Shown one piece after another: positions 9,962 to 21,778 of a stretch of 64,000 bases of DNA; positions within the stretch are counted from its first letter, which is position 1; each line of letters begins with the position of its first letter. A program made the position numbers and the translations under genes. The DNA is taken from positions 91,944-155,943 of the forward strand of contig CAVWIH010000028.1 in the NCBI GenBank assembly GCA_963755025.1, read 5' to 3'. The stretch comes from an uncultured Actinomycetes bacterium (lineage in GTDB: Bacteria > Actinomycetota > Thermoleophilia > UBA2241). The notes beneath the pieces were generated by a model. It had not been told where the DNA came from and made no database searches. It saw nothing but the letters and a program-made list of their open reading frames with translations.

Positions 9962-10113
9962 CGCAGGCCGCAGCGCCGCGCAGGGCCGCAGAGCCGTGCA
10001 GGCCGCGGCGCCGCGCAGGCCGCAGCGCCGCGCAGGCCGCAGCGCCGCGCAGGCCGCAGCGCCGCGCAGGCCGCAGCGCCGCGCAGGCCGCAGCGCCGCG
10101 CAGGTCGCGGCGC
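9962..10113. repeat. 17-bp tandem repeat (GCAGGCCGCAGCGCCGC), about 8 copies including degenerate ones
   Basis: Directly visible intergenic array upstream of the glycine riboswitch. Confidence 0.9.
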
Positions 10114-10213
10114 CCCCAGCGTCACTCAGGAGCGATCGAGCAGGTTTTCGCATGCCGTGGCCGGTGGTAGGCTACGCTGCGAACGGCACACGTGGTAACA
10201 AGCTCGAACGACA

Positions 10214-10365
10214 GTCGCGCGAGAGCTCGCGGCGTGCAAGCGCCGGGCGAGCGCCGAAGGGGCAAGGCGAGCAGGTCCGCCGAATCTCTCAGGCCAACGG
10301 AGCGCGACCCGACGAGCCCCTGGAGCGCGCCGGCGCGCGTACGCGCGGCGCACCCGGCGACAGGG
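10214..10365 (+). ncRNA. Glycine riboswitch (one full aptamer plus a reduced second aptamer)
   Basis: P1 GTCGCGC/GCGCGAC encloses GAGAG...CGCCGAAGGGGCAA...AATCTCTCAGG, followed by CCCTGGAGCG..CACC..GACAGGG. Directly upstream of gcvH. Confidence 0.9.
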
Positions 10366-10495
10366 TCCCTATGGGCGACCTGTCGCGTGACTCAAAGGCA
10401 AGCAGCAATTGAGTGGCGGGTGACGAACGCTTCAGCGGCGCCGCGGCGCGGCCCTTCGTCTTCTCGGTCACTCCCACAGAGCGCAGGAGGAGACC

Positions 10496-10894
10496 ATGGC
10501 TGACGAGAGCTACCCGCAGGACCTCAAGTACTTCAGAGAGCACGACTGGGTGCGGGTCGAAGGCGACGAGGCGACGTTCGGCATCACCTGGTGGGCGCAG
10601 GACGCGCTCGGCGACATGGTCTACGCGAGCCTGCCCGACGTCGGCGCCACGGTCGTGTCGGGCCAGCCCTACGGCGAGCTCGAGTCGGTCAAGTCGGTGG
10701 CCGAGATCTACGCCCCGGTGGGCGGCGAGGTCGTGGCCGCCAACGACGCCCTCAGCGCCGACCCCGCGCTCGTGAACGCCGATCCCTACGGCGACGGCTG
10801 GCTGATCCGCGTGCGCCTGGCCGACCCTGCCGAGCTCGACGCCCTCATGGACGCCGACGCCTACAAAGAGCTCCTCGCCACGGCTGGCTCGTGA
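10496..10894 (+). CDS. gcvH: Glycine cleavage system H protein
   Basis: HDWVRVEG, ESVKSVAEIYAP (lipoyl-Lys), VNADPYGDGW; RBS AGGAGGAG. Confidence 0.96.
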   Translation: MADESYPQDLKYFREHDWVRVEGDEATFGITWWAQDALGDMVYASLPDVGATVVSGQPYGELESVKSVAEIYAPVGGEVVAANDALSADPALVNADPYGDGWLIRVRLADPAELDALMDADAYKELLATAGS

Positions 10895-10997
10895 GCTCGA
10901 CCCTTCCTCGCTCGACCGGTCCGGCGCCGCGCCGCTGCGCCGCGCCGCCGTGCCGCCTCGCGTCGCGCCCCGCGCGGCGCGCTCTCGGGGGCGCGCC

Positions 10998-12350
10998 GTG
11001 AGGTTCGTGCCGCACTCAGACCAGGACGTGCGCGAGATGCTCGCCACTGTAGGCGTCGCCGACCTCGCCGATCTGTTCGAGACCATCCCCCCCGAGGTGC
11101 GCTTCGAGGGCCGGCTCGACTTGCCAGAGGCGGCCGCCGAGGCCGACGTGCTGCGCGAGCTCGGCAGCCTGGCCGGGCGCAACCGCGCCGTGTCCGAGCT
11201 CACGTCGTTCCTCGGCGGCGGCATCTACGACACCTACGTGCCGGCTGTCGTCGACGCCGTCACGAGCCGCTCCGAGTTCCTCACCTCGTACACGCCCTAC
11301 CAGGCCGAACGCAGCCAGGGCGTGCTGCAGGCCATCTTCGAATACCAGACGGCCATCTGCGAGCTCACCGGACTCGACGTGAGCAACGCCTCCATGTACG
11401 ACGGCGCCACGGCGCTCGCCGAGGCGGCCATCCTCGCCGTCGCGCACAGCAAGCGGCCGGGCGGCGCCGTCGTCGTCTCGGCCGGCGTGCACCCCGAGTA
11501 CCTGCAGGTGCTGGCGACCGAGGCCCACGGCCTCGGGCCGGCGCCGGTCGTGGTCGCCGACGACGGCGGCGGACGCACCGATCTGGCGGCGCTGCGCGCC
11601 GCCGTCGACGAGCAGACCGCCGCCGTGGTGATCGCGCAGCCCAGCTTCCTGGGCGGCATCGAAGACCTGGCGGCGGCCGCCGCCATCGCCCACGAGGCAG
11701 GCGCCCTGCTGATCGTCGTGGCCGACCCGCTGGCCATGGGCCTGCTCGCGTCGCCGGGCTCGCAAGGCGCCGACATCGTCGTGGGCGAGGGCCAGTCGCT
11801 GGGCAACTACCAGAACTTCGGCGGGCCGGGCTTCGGCTTCTTTGCGGCCCGTAAGGAGTTCGTGCGGCGCATGCCGGGGCGCATAGTGGGCGAGACGGTC
11901 GACGCCGAGGGCAAGCGCGGTTTCGTGCTCACCCTGCAGACGCGCGAGCAGCACATCCGCCGCGAGAGCGCGACCTCGAACATCTGCTCCAACCACGCCC
12001 TGAACGCGCTCGCCGGCCTCGTCTACCTGTCGTGGCTCGGCAAAGAGGGCCTGCCGGCGCTCGGGCTGCAGCTGGCGCGCACGGCCGCCTACCTGCGCGG
12101 CCGCCTGCTGAGCGTGCCCGGCGTCACGCCCTACACGCGCGGACCGGTGTTCCGCGAGTTCGCCGTCACGCTGCCGGTGGCGGCCGGCGAGCTGGTGGGC
12201 GCGCTCGTCGAGCGCGGCTACCTCGCCGGACTCGACCTCGGCCGCTTCCGGCCCGACCTCGACCACGTGCTGCTGCTCGCCGTGAGCGAGCGCCATACGC
12301 GCACCGAGATCGACGCCTTCATCGCCGAACTGAGGGGTCACCTTGGCTGA
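10998..12350 (+). CDS. gcvPA: Glycine dehydrogenase subunit 1
   Basis: TSYTPYQAERSQG, NASMYDGATA, QTREQHIRRESATSNICSN. Confidence 0.96.
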   Translation: MRFVPHSDQDVREMLATVGVADLADLFETIPPEVRFEGRLDLPEAAAEADVLRELGSLAGRNRAVSELTSFLGGGIYDTYVPAVVDAVTSRSEFLTSYTPYQAERSQGVLQAIFEYQTAICELTGLDVSNASMYDGATALAEAAILAVAHSKRPGGAVVVSAGVHPEYLQVLATEAHGLGPAPVVVADDGGGRTDLAALRAAVDEQTAAVVIAQPSFLGGIEDLAAAAAIAHEAGALLIVVADPLAMGLLASPGSQGADIVVGEGQSLGNYQNFGGPGFGFFAARKEFVRRMPGRIVGETVDAEGKRGFVLTLQTREQHIRRESATSNICSNHALNALAGLVYLSWLGKEGLPALGLQLARTAAYLRGRLLSVPGVTPYTRGPVFREFAVTLPVAAGELVGALVERGYLAGLDLGRFRPDLDHVLLLAVSERHTRTEIDAFIAELRGHLG

Positions 12351-13902
12351 GGCTCCGCACTCCACGCCGCCTGCGGCCGCGCCCGGCCCGGCGCCGGCGC
12401 GGTCACCCGGCGCGCCGGGCTTTCGCACGATCTACGAGAAGTCGCGCGCCGGGCGGCGCGCCTACAGCCTGCCGCACAGCGGGGTGCCTGAGACGCCGGC
12501 CGGCGAGCTCTTTGCCGGCGTCGCGCTGCGCGAGCGCCCGGCGCGCCTGCCCGAGGTCGCCGAGATCGACCTGCTGCGCCACTTCGTCGAGCTCTCCTCG
12601 CGCGACTACGGCGTCGAGAAGGGGCCCTACCCCCTGGGCTCGTGCACCATGAAGTACAACCCCAAGATCAACGAGCGCGTCGCCGCCCTGCCGGGGCTGC
12701 GCGATCTGCACCCCTACGAGCCCGAAGACCTGATCCAGGGCGCGCTCGAGCTCATGGACACGCTCAGCCTGTGGCTCGCCGAGATCGCCGGCCTGTCGCG
12801 CGCCACGCTGCAGCCCGCGGCCGGCGCCCACGGCGAGCTCACCGGCCTGCTGTTGGTCCGCGCCTACCACGAAGACAGGGGAGCCGACCCGCACGTCGTG
12901 CTCATCCCCGACACCGCCCACGGCACCAACCCGGCCTCGGTCGTGATGGCCGGCTACCGGCCCGTCACCCTGCCGAGCGACGCTCGCGGCGGCATCGACC
13001 TCGAGGCCGTGCGCGGCTTCGTCGCCGAGCACGAAGGCGACATCGCCTGCCTCATGCTGACCAACCCCAACACGCTCGGCCTGTTCGAGGTCGACGTTGT
13101 CGAGGTGGCGCGCATCGTGCACGAGGCCGGCGGGCTGCTCTACTACGACGGCGCCAACTCCAACGCCGTGCTGGGCCATTCGCGGCCCGGCGACATGGGC
13201 TTCGACATCGTCCACCTGAACACCCACAAGACGTTCTCCACGCCGCACGGCGGCGGCGGGCCGGGCGCCGGCCCCGTGGTCGTGCGCGACATCCTCGAGC
13301 CCTACCTGCCGACGCCGGTGTTAAAGAAGACCGGTGTGCACCAGTACACGCTCGACTACGACCGGCCCAAGTCGATCGGCAAGGTGCGCTCGTTCTACGG
13401 CAACTTCGGCGTGCTGGTGCGCGCCTACGCCTACATCCGCGCGCTCGGCGCCGACGGCCTGCGCGAGGTGAGCGACGCCGCCGTGCTGAACGCGACCTAC
13501 GTCATGGCCGGCATCCGCGACCTGTTCGACGTGCCCTACGACCGGCCCGTCATGCACGAGTTCGTGGTGTCGGCCGAGCCTCTGCGCGAGCACGGCGTGC
13601 GGGCGCTCGACGTGGCCAAACGCCTGCTCGACTACGGCGTGCACCCGCCCACCACCTACTTTCCGCTGATCGTCAAAGAAGCGCTCATGATCGAGCCCAC
13701 CGAGACCGAGTCCAAAGACGACCTCGACGCGTTCGTGGCCGCCGTGCGCGCCGTGGTGGGCGAAGCGGTGAGCGCCCCCGGGCTGCTGCTCACGGCGCCC
13801 CACACCATGCCGGTCGGGCGGCTCGACGAAGTCGCAGCCGCCCGCAACCCGGTCCTGCGCCAGCGCTTCGCCGACGACGAGCCTGCGGGACGCCCGGCGT
13901 GA
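12343..13902 (+). CDS. gcvPB: Glycine dehydrogenase subunit 2
   Basis: PLGSCTMKYNP, AGAHGE, HGTNPAS, HKTFSTPHGGGGPG. Confidence 0.96.
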   Translation: MAEAPHSTPPAAAPGPAPARSPGAPGFRTIYEKSRAGRRAYSLPHSGVPETPAGELFAGVALRERPARLPEVAEIDLLRHFVELSSRDYGVEKGPYPLGSCTMKYNPKINERVAALPGLRDLHPYEPEDLIQGALELMDTLSLWLAEIAGLSRATLQPAAGAHGELTGLLLVRAYHEDRGADPHVVLIPDTAHGTNPASVVMAGYRPVTLPSDARGGIDLEAVRGFVAEHEGDIACLMLTNPNTLGLFEVDVVEVARIVHEAGGLLYYDGANSNAVLGHSRPGDMGFDIVHLNTHKTFSTPHGGGGPGAGPVVVRDILEPYLPTPVLKKTGVHQYTLDYDRPKSIGKVRSFYGNFGVLVRAYAYIRALGADGLREVSDAAVLNATYVMAGIRDLFDVPYDRPVMHEFVVSAEPLREHGVRALDVAKRLLDYGVHPPTTYFPLIVKEALMIEPTETESKDDLDAFVAAVRAVVGEAVSAPGLLLTAPHTMPVGRLDEVAAARNPVLRQRFADDEPAGRPA

Positions 13903-14700
13903 CCGCGGCGCCGCCAGCGGCGGCCGCGCTCGTCGAGCTGCCCCTGCTGCGCGCCTCGGGCGCCGAGCAGATGGCCGCCGACGAGCGCCTGCTCGACGAC
14001 GCCGACGGGCTCGGCGACGCACTCGCCGTGCGGCGCTACACGTGGGCGCCGCCGGCCGTGTCGCTGGGCAAGTTCCAGAAGCTCGCGCCGGGCGCCGACG
14101 CGGTGCTCGCGGCGGCCGGGATCGACGTCGTGCGGCGGCCCAGCGGCGGCCGGCTGGTGCTGCACGGCGAGGGCTTCGAGTGGTCGTTCGCCGTCGCCTT
14201 TGCGGCCGGCCTGCTGCCCTGGGGCACGCACGCCGCCTACCGGGTGGTGCGCGACGCCATGGCGGCGGCGCTCGCCACGGCCGGCGTGACGCCCGACGAG
14301 GTGCGCGACGAGCCCTACACCCGCTCCGCCCTGTGCTTTGCCTCGGCCCTGCGCCACGACCTGCTGGTGGGCGGCGCCAAGGCGGTGGCCGTGGCCCAGG
14401 TGCGCCGCGCCGACCGCCAGCTCGTGCACGGCAGCGTGCTCGAACGGCGGCCGCCCGAGGCGCTCGTGGCCGCCGTCGAGGCGGCTACCGGCGAGCCCTG
14501 GCGCGGCGACGGACTCGCGCGCCCGCGCGGCGCCGCGCCTCGGACGGCGGCCGGCGCCGGGCGCTGCCTACGGCGCCGCTCACCGGGTGGCGCCGGCACT
14601 CAGCCTGCTCCCAAGACACGCGGCGGCGCGCTTCCTCACGGAGCTCGCGGCCGCTTGCGAACGGCAGCGGCCCGCGAGCCGGATCGTGAGGCCGTCATGA
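13899..14700 (+). CDS. Lipoate-protein ligase A / LipM-like octanoyltransferase (3' end uncertain, probable indel)
   Basis: QMAADERLL, RYTWAPPAVSLG, VVRRPSGGRLVLH, K..AVAQ..HGS. Confidence 0.8.
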
Positions 14701-14740
14701 AGCACCGTCACACTCATCTACCGACCGGGGAGACACCGTC

Positions 14741-16134
14741 ATGAGCAAAACCATCGTCGTGCTGGGCGGCGGCCCGGCCGGCTACGTGGCCGCGCTGCGC
14801 GCCGCGCAGCTCGGCGCGCAGGTCACCCTGATCGAGGCGCGCGAGGTCGGCGGCACCTGTCTCAACCGCGGCTGCATCCCGACCAAGGCCCTGGTGGCGG
14901 CCGTCGAGCGGCTGCGCCTGGCGCGCGGCGCCGGGCAGTTCGGCATCGCCCTCGGCGAGCCCCGCCTCGACTTCGGCGCCCTCATGGCGCGCAAGGCCGC
15001 GGTCGTCGCGCAGCAGCGCGGCGGCGTCGAGCACCTGCTCAAGGGCCGCAAGGTCGAGGTCGTCGCCGGCCACGGCCGCCTGCTCGACGCCCACACGGTG
15101 CGCGTCTCAGGCGCCGCGACGGCGAGGGCCAGCGCGACCTTGCGGCCGACGCCGTCATCGTGGCCAGCGGCTCGCGGCCCACCGTGCCGGCCCTGTTCGA
15201 GGTCGCCGACCCGCGCGTGGTGACGAGCGACGAGCTGCTCGATCTCGAGTGCCTGCCCGAGAGCCTGGCGATCGTCGGCGGCGGCGTGATCGGCTGCGAG
15301 TTCGCCTCGATCTTCGCCGAGCTCGGCGTGCCGGTGACGATCGTCGAGCTGCTCGACCGGCTCATCGCCGGCGAGGACCGCCGCGCCTCGGCGGCGCTCG
15401 CCCAGGCGTTGCGCCGGGCCGGCGTCGAGAGTCTCGTCAAGACGCGCGTCGAGGGCCTCGAGCTCTCCACGCCGGGACGCGTCGGTCTCGCCCTGAGCGG
15501 CGGCGCCACGGTCGCGGCGGCCCTCGTGCTGGTCTGCGTGGGGCGCTCGCCGGTGAGCGCCGGCCTGGGCCTCGAAGAGGCCGGCGTGGCGCTCGACGCC
15601 GGCGGCTTTGTCGTCACCGACGACACGCAGCGCACCACCCTCGAGGGCGTCTTTGCCGCCGGCGACGTCGCCGGACCGCCGCTGCTGGCCCACTGGGCCT
15701 ACCGCCAGGGCGCCGCCGCCGCCGCAAACGCCGTGCTCGGCGGCCGCCTCGCCTGCGACCGGCGTTTCGTGCCCAACGCCATCTTCAGCCACCCCGAGGT
15801 GGCGAGCTTCGGCACGAGCGAGGAGCAGGCCAGGGCGCAGAACCTGCCCATCGTCGTGGCCCAGGTACGTTTCAACGGTAACTCTAAAGCTGTGATCGAG
15901 GGGGAGAACGACGGCTACATCCGTGTCGTGGCCCGCGCCGACGACCGCCGCGTGATCGGCGCCAGCCTGGTCGGCCCGCACGTCACCGAGCTCGTCCACG
16001 AGCTGGTGCTCGCCGCCCAGGCCGGACTGACCCTCGACGAGGTCGCCGCCACGATCCACGCCCACCCCACCCTGGCCGAAGCGGTCGGCGAGGCCGCCCT
16101 GGGCGCCGTCGGGCGCGGCATGCACACCCTGTGA
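14741..16134 (+). CDS. lpdA: Dihydrolipoamide dehydrogenase (apparent indel near 15130)
   Basis: GGGPAGY, GGTCLNRGCIPTK, GGGVIGCEFA, HAHPTLAE across ORFs 14741 and 15160. Confidence 0.92.
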
Positions 16135-17057
16135 ACGAGCCGTCCCGGCAGGCGCACCCCGTGGGCAAGCCCTCCTGGCTGCGCGTGCGGGTGCCCGACG
16201 CCGCCCCCTTTAGGGCCACGGCGGGCGTGCTCGAGCGCCTCGCCCTGCACACCGTCTGCGACGCGGCGCGCTGCCCCAACCGCGGCGAGTGCTTCGCCGC
16301 CGGCACGGCGACCTTCCTCATCCTCGGCGAGCTCTGCAGCCGCGGCTGCGGCTTTTGCGCCATCGCCCGGGCGGCGGGGCCGGCGGCGGCTCCCGACACA
16401 GACGAGCCGCGCCGCGTGGCCGCCGCCGCCGGGCTGCTCGGCCTGCGCCACGTGGTGGTGACGAGCGTCACGCGCGACGACCTGCCCGACGGCGGCGCGG
16501 CCCACTACGCGGCCACGGTGAGGGCGCTCCACGCGGCGCTGCCGCAGGCCAGCGTCGAGGTCCTGGTACCGGACTTTCGCGACCGGCCCGGCGCCCTGGA
16601 GACCGTGCTTGCGGCGCGCCCCCAGGTGCTCAACCACAACCTCGAGACCGTGCCGCGCCTCTACGGCGAGGTGCGGCCGGGGGCTTCCTATGAGCGCTCG
16701 CTCGCCCTGCTGCGCGCCGCGGCGCGGCGCAGGGGCGCCGGCGCGCCGGCGCTCGTCAAGACGGGCCTCATGCTCGGCCTGGGCGAGAGCGGCGACGAGG
16801 TCGCCGGCGTGCTGGCCGACTGCGCCGCGGCCGGCGCCGACCTGGTCACCGTGGGGCAGTACCTGCGCCCGGCCGCCGGCTGCCTGCCCGTGGCGCGCTA
16901 CGTGCCGCCCGAGGAGTTCGCCGCTCTGGCGCCGCTCGGCGAACGCCTGGGCGTGCGCGTCGTGGCGGGGCCGTTCGTGCGCTCCTCGTACCGCGCCGCG
17001 GCGTCGTTTGCCGAGCTCGCTACCGGGGCGCCGGCGCCCACCAGGAACCCGGCGTGA
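16131..17057 (+). CDS. lipA: Lipoyl synthase
   Basis: TVCDAARCPNRGEC, CSRGCGFC, NHNLETV, GPFVRSSY. Confidence 0.95.
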   Translation: MNEPSRQAHPVGKPSWLRVRVPDAAPFRATAGVLERLALHTVCDAARCPNRGECFAAGTATFLILGELCSRGCGFCAIARAAGPAAAPDTDEPRRVAAAAGLLGLRHVVVTSVTRDDLPDGGAAHYAATVRALHAALPQASVEVLVPDFRDRPGALETVLAARPQVLNHNLETVPRLYGEVRPGASYERSLALLRAAARRRGAGAPALVKTGLMLGLGESGDEVAGVLADCAAAGADLVTVGQYLRPAAGCLPVARYVPPEEFAALAPLGERLGVRVVAGPFVRSSYRAAASFAELATGAPAPTRNPA

Positions 17058-17097
17058 CCGGTCCGACGCGAACGGACACCACGCGGTCGGACCAGGC

Positions 17098-17880
17098 GTG
17101 AGCGAGCCTCAAGCGAGCGCACCCCGCACGAGCGCACCCCGCGCCGTCCTGCTCGACGTCGATTTCACCCTGCTGCGCCCTGGCGAGCTCTTCAGTGCCG
17201 AAGGCTATCGCGCGGCCGGCGCGCGGTTCGGGCTGCGCCTCGACACGCAGCGCTGGCGCGAGGCCGAGCGCAGCGCCGCGCGCGCCGTCGAAGCGCGTCG
17301 CGCGGGGCGCGGCAACGTGCACGACGACGCCGTCCACGGGATCATCGCCGCCGCCATCGTGACGGCATGGGCGGCCGCGACGCCGCCGCGCGTCGAGCGC
17401 TGCGCGGCGGCCATCGTCGAGGCCTGGGGCCGCGTCGTCAACTTCTCGCTGTACGACGACGCACGGCCCTGCCTCACGCGCCTGCGCGACGCCGGCCTTG
17501 CGGTCGGTCTCATCTCGAACACCACCCGCGACCTCGATGAGTTGCTCGACGCCTTCGACTTGCGCGACCTGGTCGACGGCGCCGTCACGAGCGCGCAGGT
17601 CGGCCTGTTCAAGCCGGCGCGCGAGATCTTCGTCGCGGCGCTCGCCACCATCGGCGCCGACGCGCGTGAGACGGTCATGGTGGGCGATTCGTACCGCGAC
17701 GACGTTGAGGGGGCGCTGGCCGCCGGGCTGTCGGCCGTGCTGCTCGATCGCGACGGCGGCCGGGCGGCGGCCCTGGCGGGCGCCCGGCCGAAGGCGCCGG
17801 TCATCGCGAGCCTCGCCGAGCTGCCGGGGCTGCTCGGCCTGCCGCGCACGGCGCCCGCCGACGACGCGGCCCTGGTCTAG
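17098..17880 (+). CDS. HAD-family hydrolase
   Basis: LLDVDFTL, ISN, KPAREIF, VGDSYRDDVEGA. Confidence 0.85.
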   Translation: MSEPQASAPRTSAPRAVLLDVDFTLLRPGELFSAEGYRAAGARFGLRLDTQRWREAERSAARAVEARRAGRGNVHDDAVHGIIAAAIVTAWAAATPPRVERCAAAIVEAWGRVVNFSLYDDARPCLTRLRDAGLAVGLISNTTRDLDELLDAFDLRDLVDGAVTSAQVGLFKPAREIFVAALATIGADARETVMVGDSYRDDVEGALAAGLSAVLLDRDGGRAAALAGARPKAPVIASLAELPGLLGLPRTAPADDAALV

Positions 17881-17947
17881 CCGGCCCGACCTGCAGCGCC
17901 GGGCAGGGCGCCGACGCCCGGCGCCGTTGATCCGCGCCGCTGGAGCC

Positions 17948-19203
17948 TCAGGGCTTGGGCTGCAGCGCGTAGAGCGTGTGGACGCCGTTCAGATACAGGG
18001 TCTGGCTGTCCGCGGTCGCCGGTGAGTACCTGCCGTCCGGAAAACGCCACACCGCGCGCCCGGTGCGGGCGTTCAGGCCCCAGGTGCGATGGGCGAAGTT
18101 CGAGACATAGACGATGCCGTCGAGGACCGTCGGCGACCCCGAGATCGGCGCTCCGGTGGCGAACCTCCAGACGAGCCGGCCGTTGGCGGCGTTCAAGGCG
18201 TAGAACTCGCCGTCGTAGCTGCCCTCGAAGACCAGGTTGCGCCACACCGCCGGCGACGAGTACACGTAGCCGCCGGTGGTGAACGACCAGCGCAGGCCGC
18301 CGTTCGACAGCGAGAAGGCGTAGATGTCGCCGCCGATGCCGCCGATATAGACGGTGTCGTAGGCGAGGGCCGCGGTCGCGTAGAACTGGTTCCCCGCCAG
18401 CAGCCCGCCGGTGCGCGCGCCGCCACAGCAGCTTGCCGTTGTAGTTGAGGCAGTAGACCGAGCCGTCGTAGGAACCCACGACGATGCGTCCGCCGAGCTT
18501 CGGCCGGGGCGCCCTTCACGGCGCCGCCGGTACGGTAGCGCCAAGCCAGCTTGTGGGTGCTGATGTTCATCGCATAGACGCTGCCGTCCTGGTCGCCGAA
18601 GAACACGCGGTCGCGAAAGACAAGCGGCGACGACTCGCTGCGGCCGAGGCCCGAGAGCCCCCATTCCGGCTTGCCCGTGACCCGGTCGAGCACCAGGAAG
18701 CGGCCCCCCAGCGAGGTCAGGTAGACCGACTTCGCGTCGACCGTCGGCGTCGTGGCGAACAGGGTGGCGGGGCGCAGCTTGTACTGCCACACGAGGGCGC
18801 GGTTGCGGGCCTTCAGGCAGATCACGAGACCGTGCTCGGTGCAGAAGTAGAGGTAGCCGTCGTAGATCGACGGCGGGAACTCGAGCAGGTCGCCGGCGGG
18901 GTAGCGCCATTTGACGTGGTAGGGAGGGTGCACGGTGATCGCCGGGTTGTAGCGCGTGCGGGCCGTGTTGTAGCCGTAGGTCAGCCAGTTTCCCAGGGCG
19001 AACTGCGCCGGCGAGTTCGACGGCGAGGGCGCCGGCGTGGCCGCCTGGGTGATCTGCTGGGTGGGGAACGGGGTAGGCTTGGGGCCGTTGCTATGGTGCA
19101 GCGCGAGCACGGCGACGCCCGCGATGCCGCCGATCACGATGACGGCGGCGACGATGTCGATGTAGAGCAGTCTACGGCGCACGGGACTGCAGTGTACCTG
19201 CAC
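17948..19203 (-). CDS. Membrane-anchored PQQ-binding-like beta-propeller protein (BamB-like; apparent indels)
   Basis: N-terminal TM helix, WLTYGYNTART, repeated blades (SSPAV...YALNAANGRLVW) in three frames. Confidence 0.8.
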
Positions 19204-19267
19204 CTAACGGGTGCGGTTCAAGATCCGAAGGGCCGCACCGACGTTGCCGGTCGTATATCGTAGGGCC

Positions 19268-20295
<1,028 letters not shown>

Positions 20296-20299
<4 letters not shown>

Positions 20300-21770
20300 G
20301 CGCCGCAACGCGGCCCCCGGGCGGCGACGACCGCAACGACCCCGCCACCGCCGGCGCGACGAGCGGCGACGCGACACCCGCCGGCGCGCAGACACGCGGC
20401 GGCTCGCTGCGCGGCTTGGCGGCGGTCGACCAGGTGTTGCGCGAGCCGCTCGTCGCCGCCCTGGCCGAGACCTACCCGCGCGACGTCGTCGTGGCGGCGG
20501 TGCGCACGGTCATCGAGCGCCTGCGGCGCGAGATCATCGAGGGCGGGCGCCAGAGCGACGCCGCCGCCCTCACGCCCGCCCAGCTCGCGCCTTGGGTCGA
20601 GAAGCTCGTCGAGACGGCCGTCTCGCCGTCGCTGCGGCGCGTGATCAACGCCACCGGCGTGGTGGCCCACACCAACCTGGGGCGCTCGGTGCTGCCGCCC
20701 GAGGCGCTCGCCGCGGTGGCCACCGCCGCGGGCTCCTACACCGATCTCGAGCTCGACCTGGCCGGCGGTGAGCGCGCCACGCGCCAGCGCCACGTGCGCG
20801 ACGTGCTCTGCACCCTGACCGGCGCCGCCGACGCGCTGGTCGTCAACAACAACGCCGCGGCCATCCTGCTCGCGCTGGCCGCCACCAGCCGCGACGGCGA
20901 GGTGATCGTCTCGCGAGGCGAGCTGGTCGAGATCGGCGAGGGCTTCCGCATTCCCGACATCCTCGCCGAGAGCGGCGCGCGCCTGGTCGAGGTGGGCACC
21001 ACCAACCGCACCTACCTGCGCGACGTCGAGCACGCCTGGAGTGAGCGCACGCGCGCGGTCCTGCGGGTGCACACCAGCAACTACCGTATCGTGGGCTTCA
21101 CGGCGCAGCCGGCCATCGAGGAGCTCGTGGGCTTCGCCCACGAGCGCGGCGCGCTCGTCATCGACGACCTCGGCAGCGGCGCCCTCGCCGACCTGCCGCT
21201 CTTCGCCGAAGAACCCGCGGCGCGCGAGTCGCTGCGCCTGGGGGTCGACCTGGTCACCTTCAGCGGCGACAAGCTGCTCGGCGGCCCGCAGGCCGGCATC
21301 GTCCTCGGTTCGACCGAGGCCATCGGGCGGCTGCGCAGCCATCCGCTGGCCCGGGCGCTGCGCATCGACAAGCTCAACCTGGCGGCCCTCGACGCCCTGC
21401 TGCGCCTCTACCTCGATCCCGCGCGGGCGCTCGAGCGCGTGCCCACGCTGGCGCTCCTCTCGCAGACTCGCGAGACCCTGGTCGAGCGCGCCGTGCGGCT
21501 GCGCGACGAGGTGGGAGAGGGCGAGGTCGTCGACTCGGTGGCGCGCGCCGGCGCCGGCGCGCTGCCGGTGGCCGAGGTGGCCAGCGTCGCGCTCGCTCTG
21601 GCCGACCGCGCCGGCGCCGTCGGCGAGCTCGCCGCCCGGCTACGCCGCGGCTCGCCCGCGGTGCTCGGCTACGTGCACGACGGCCGGCTGCTGCTCGACG
21701 TGCTGGCCGTACGCGACCACGAGATCGGCGAGCTCGCCGCGGCGGTGGCGGGGCGCTCGCCCCGGCCTGA
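20296..21770 (+). CDS. selA: L-seryl-tRNA(Sec) selenium transferase (indel in last codons)
   Basis: INATGVVAHTNLGR, VNNNAAA, SRGELVEIG, EVGTTNRT, FSGDKLLGGPQAG. Confidence 0.95.
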
Positions 21771-21778
21771 CGCGCGTC

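Noticed and set aside
9962-10113. 17-bp array as a CRISPR or coding repeat
   Set aside because: Head-to-tail with no spacers; the overlapping ORFs are low-complexity translations.
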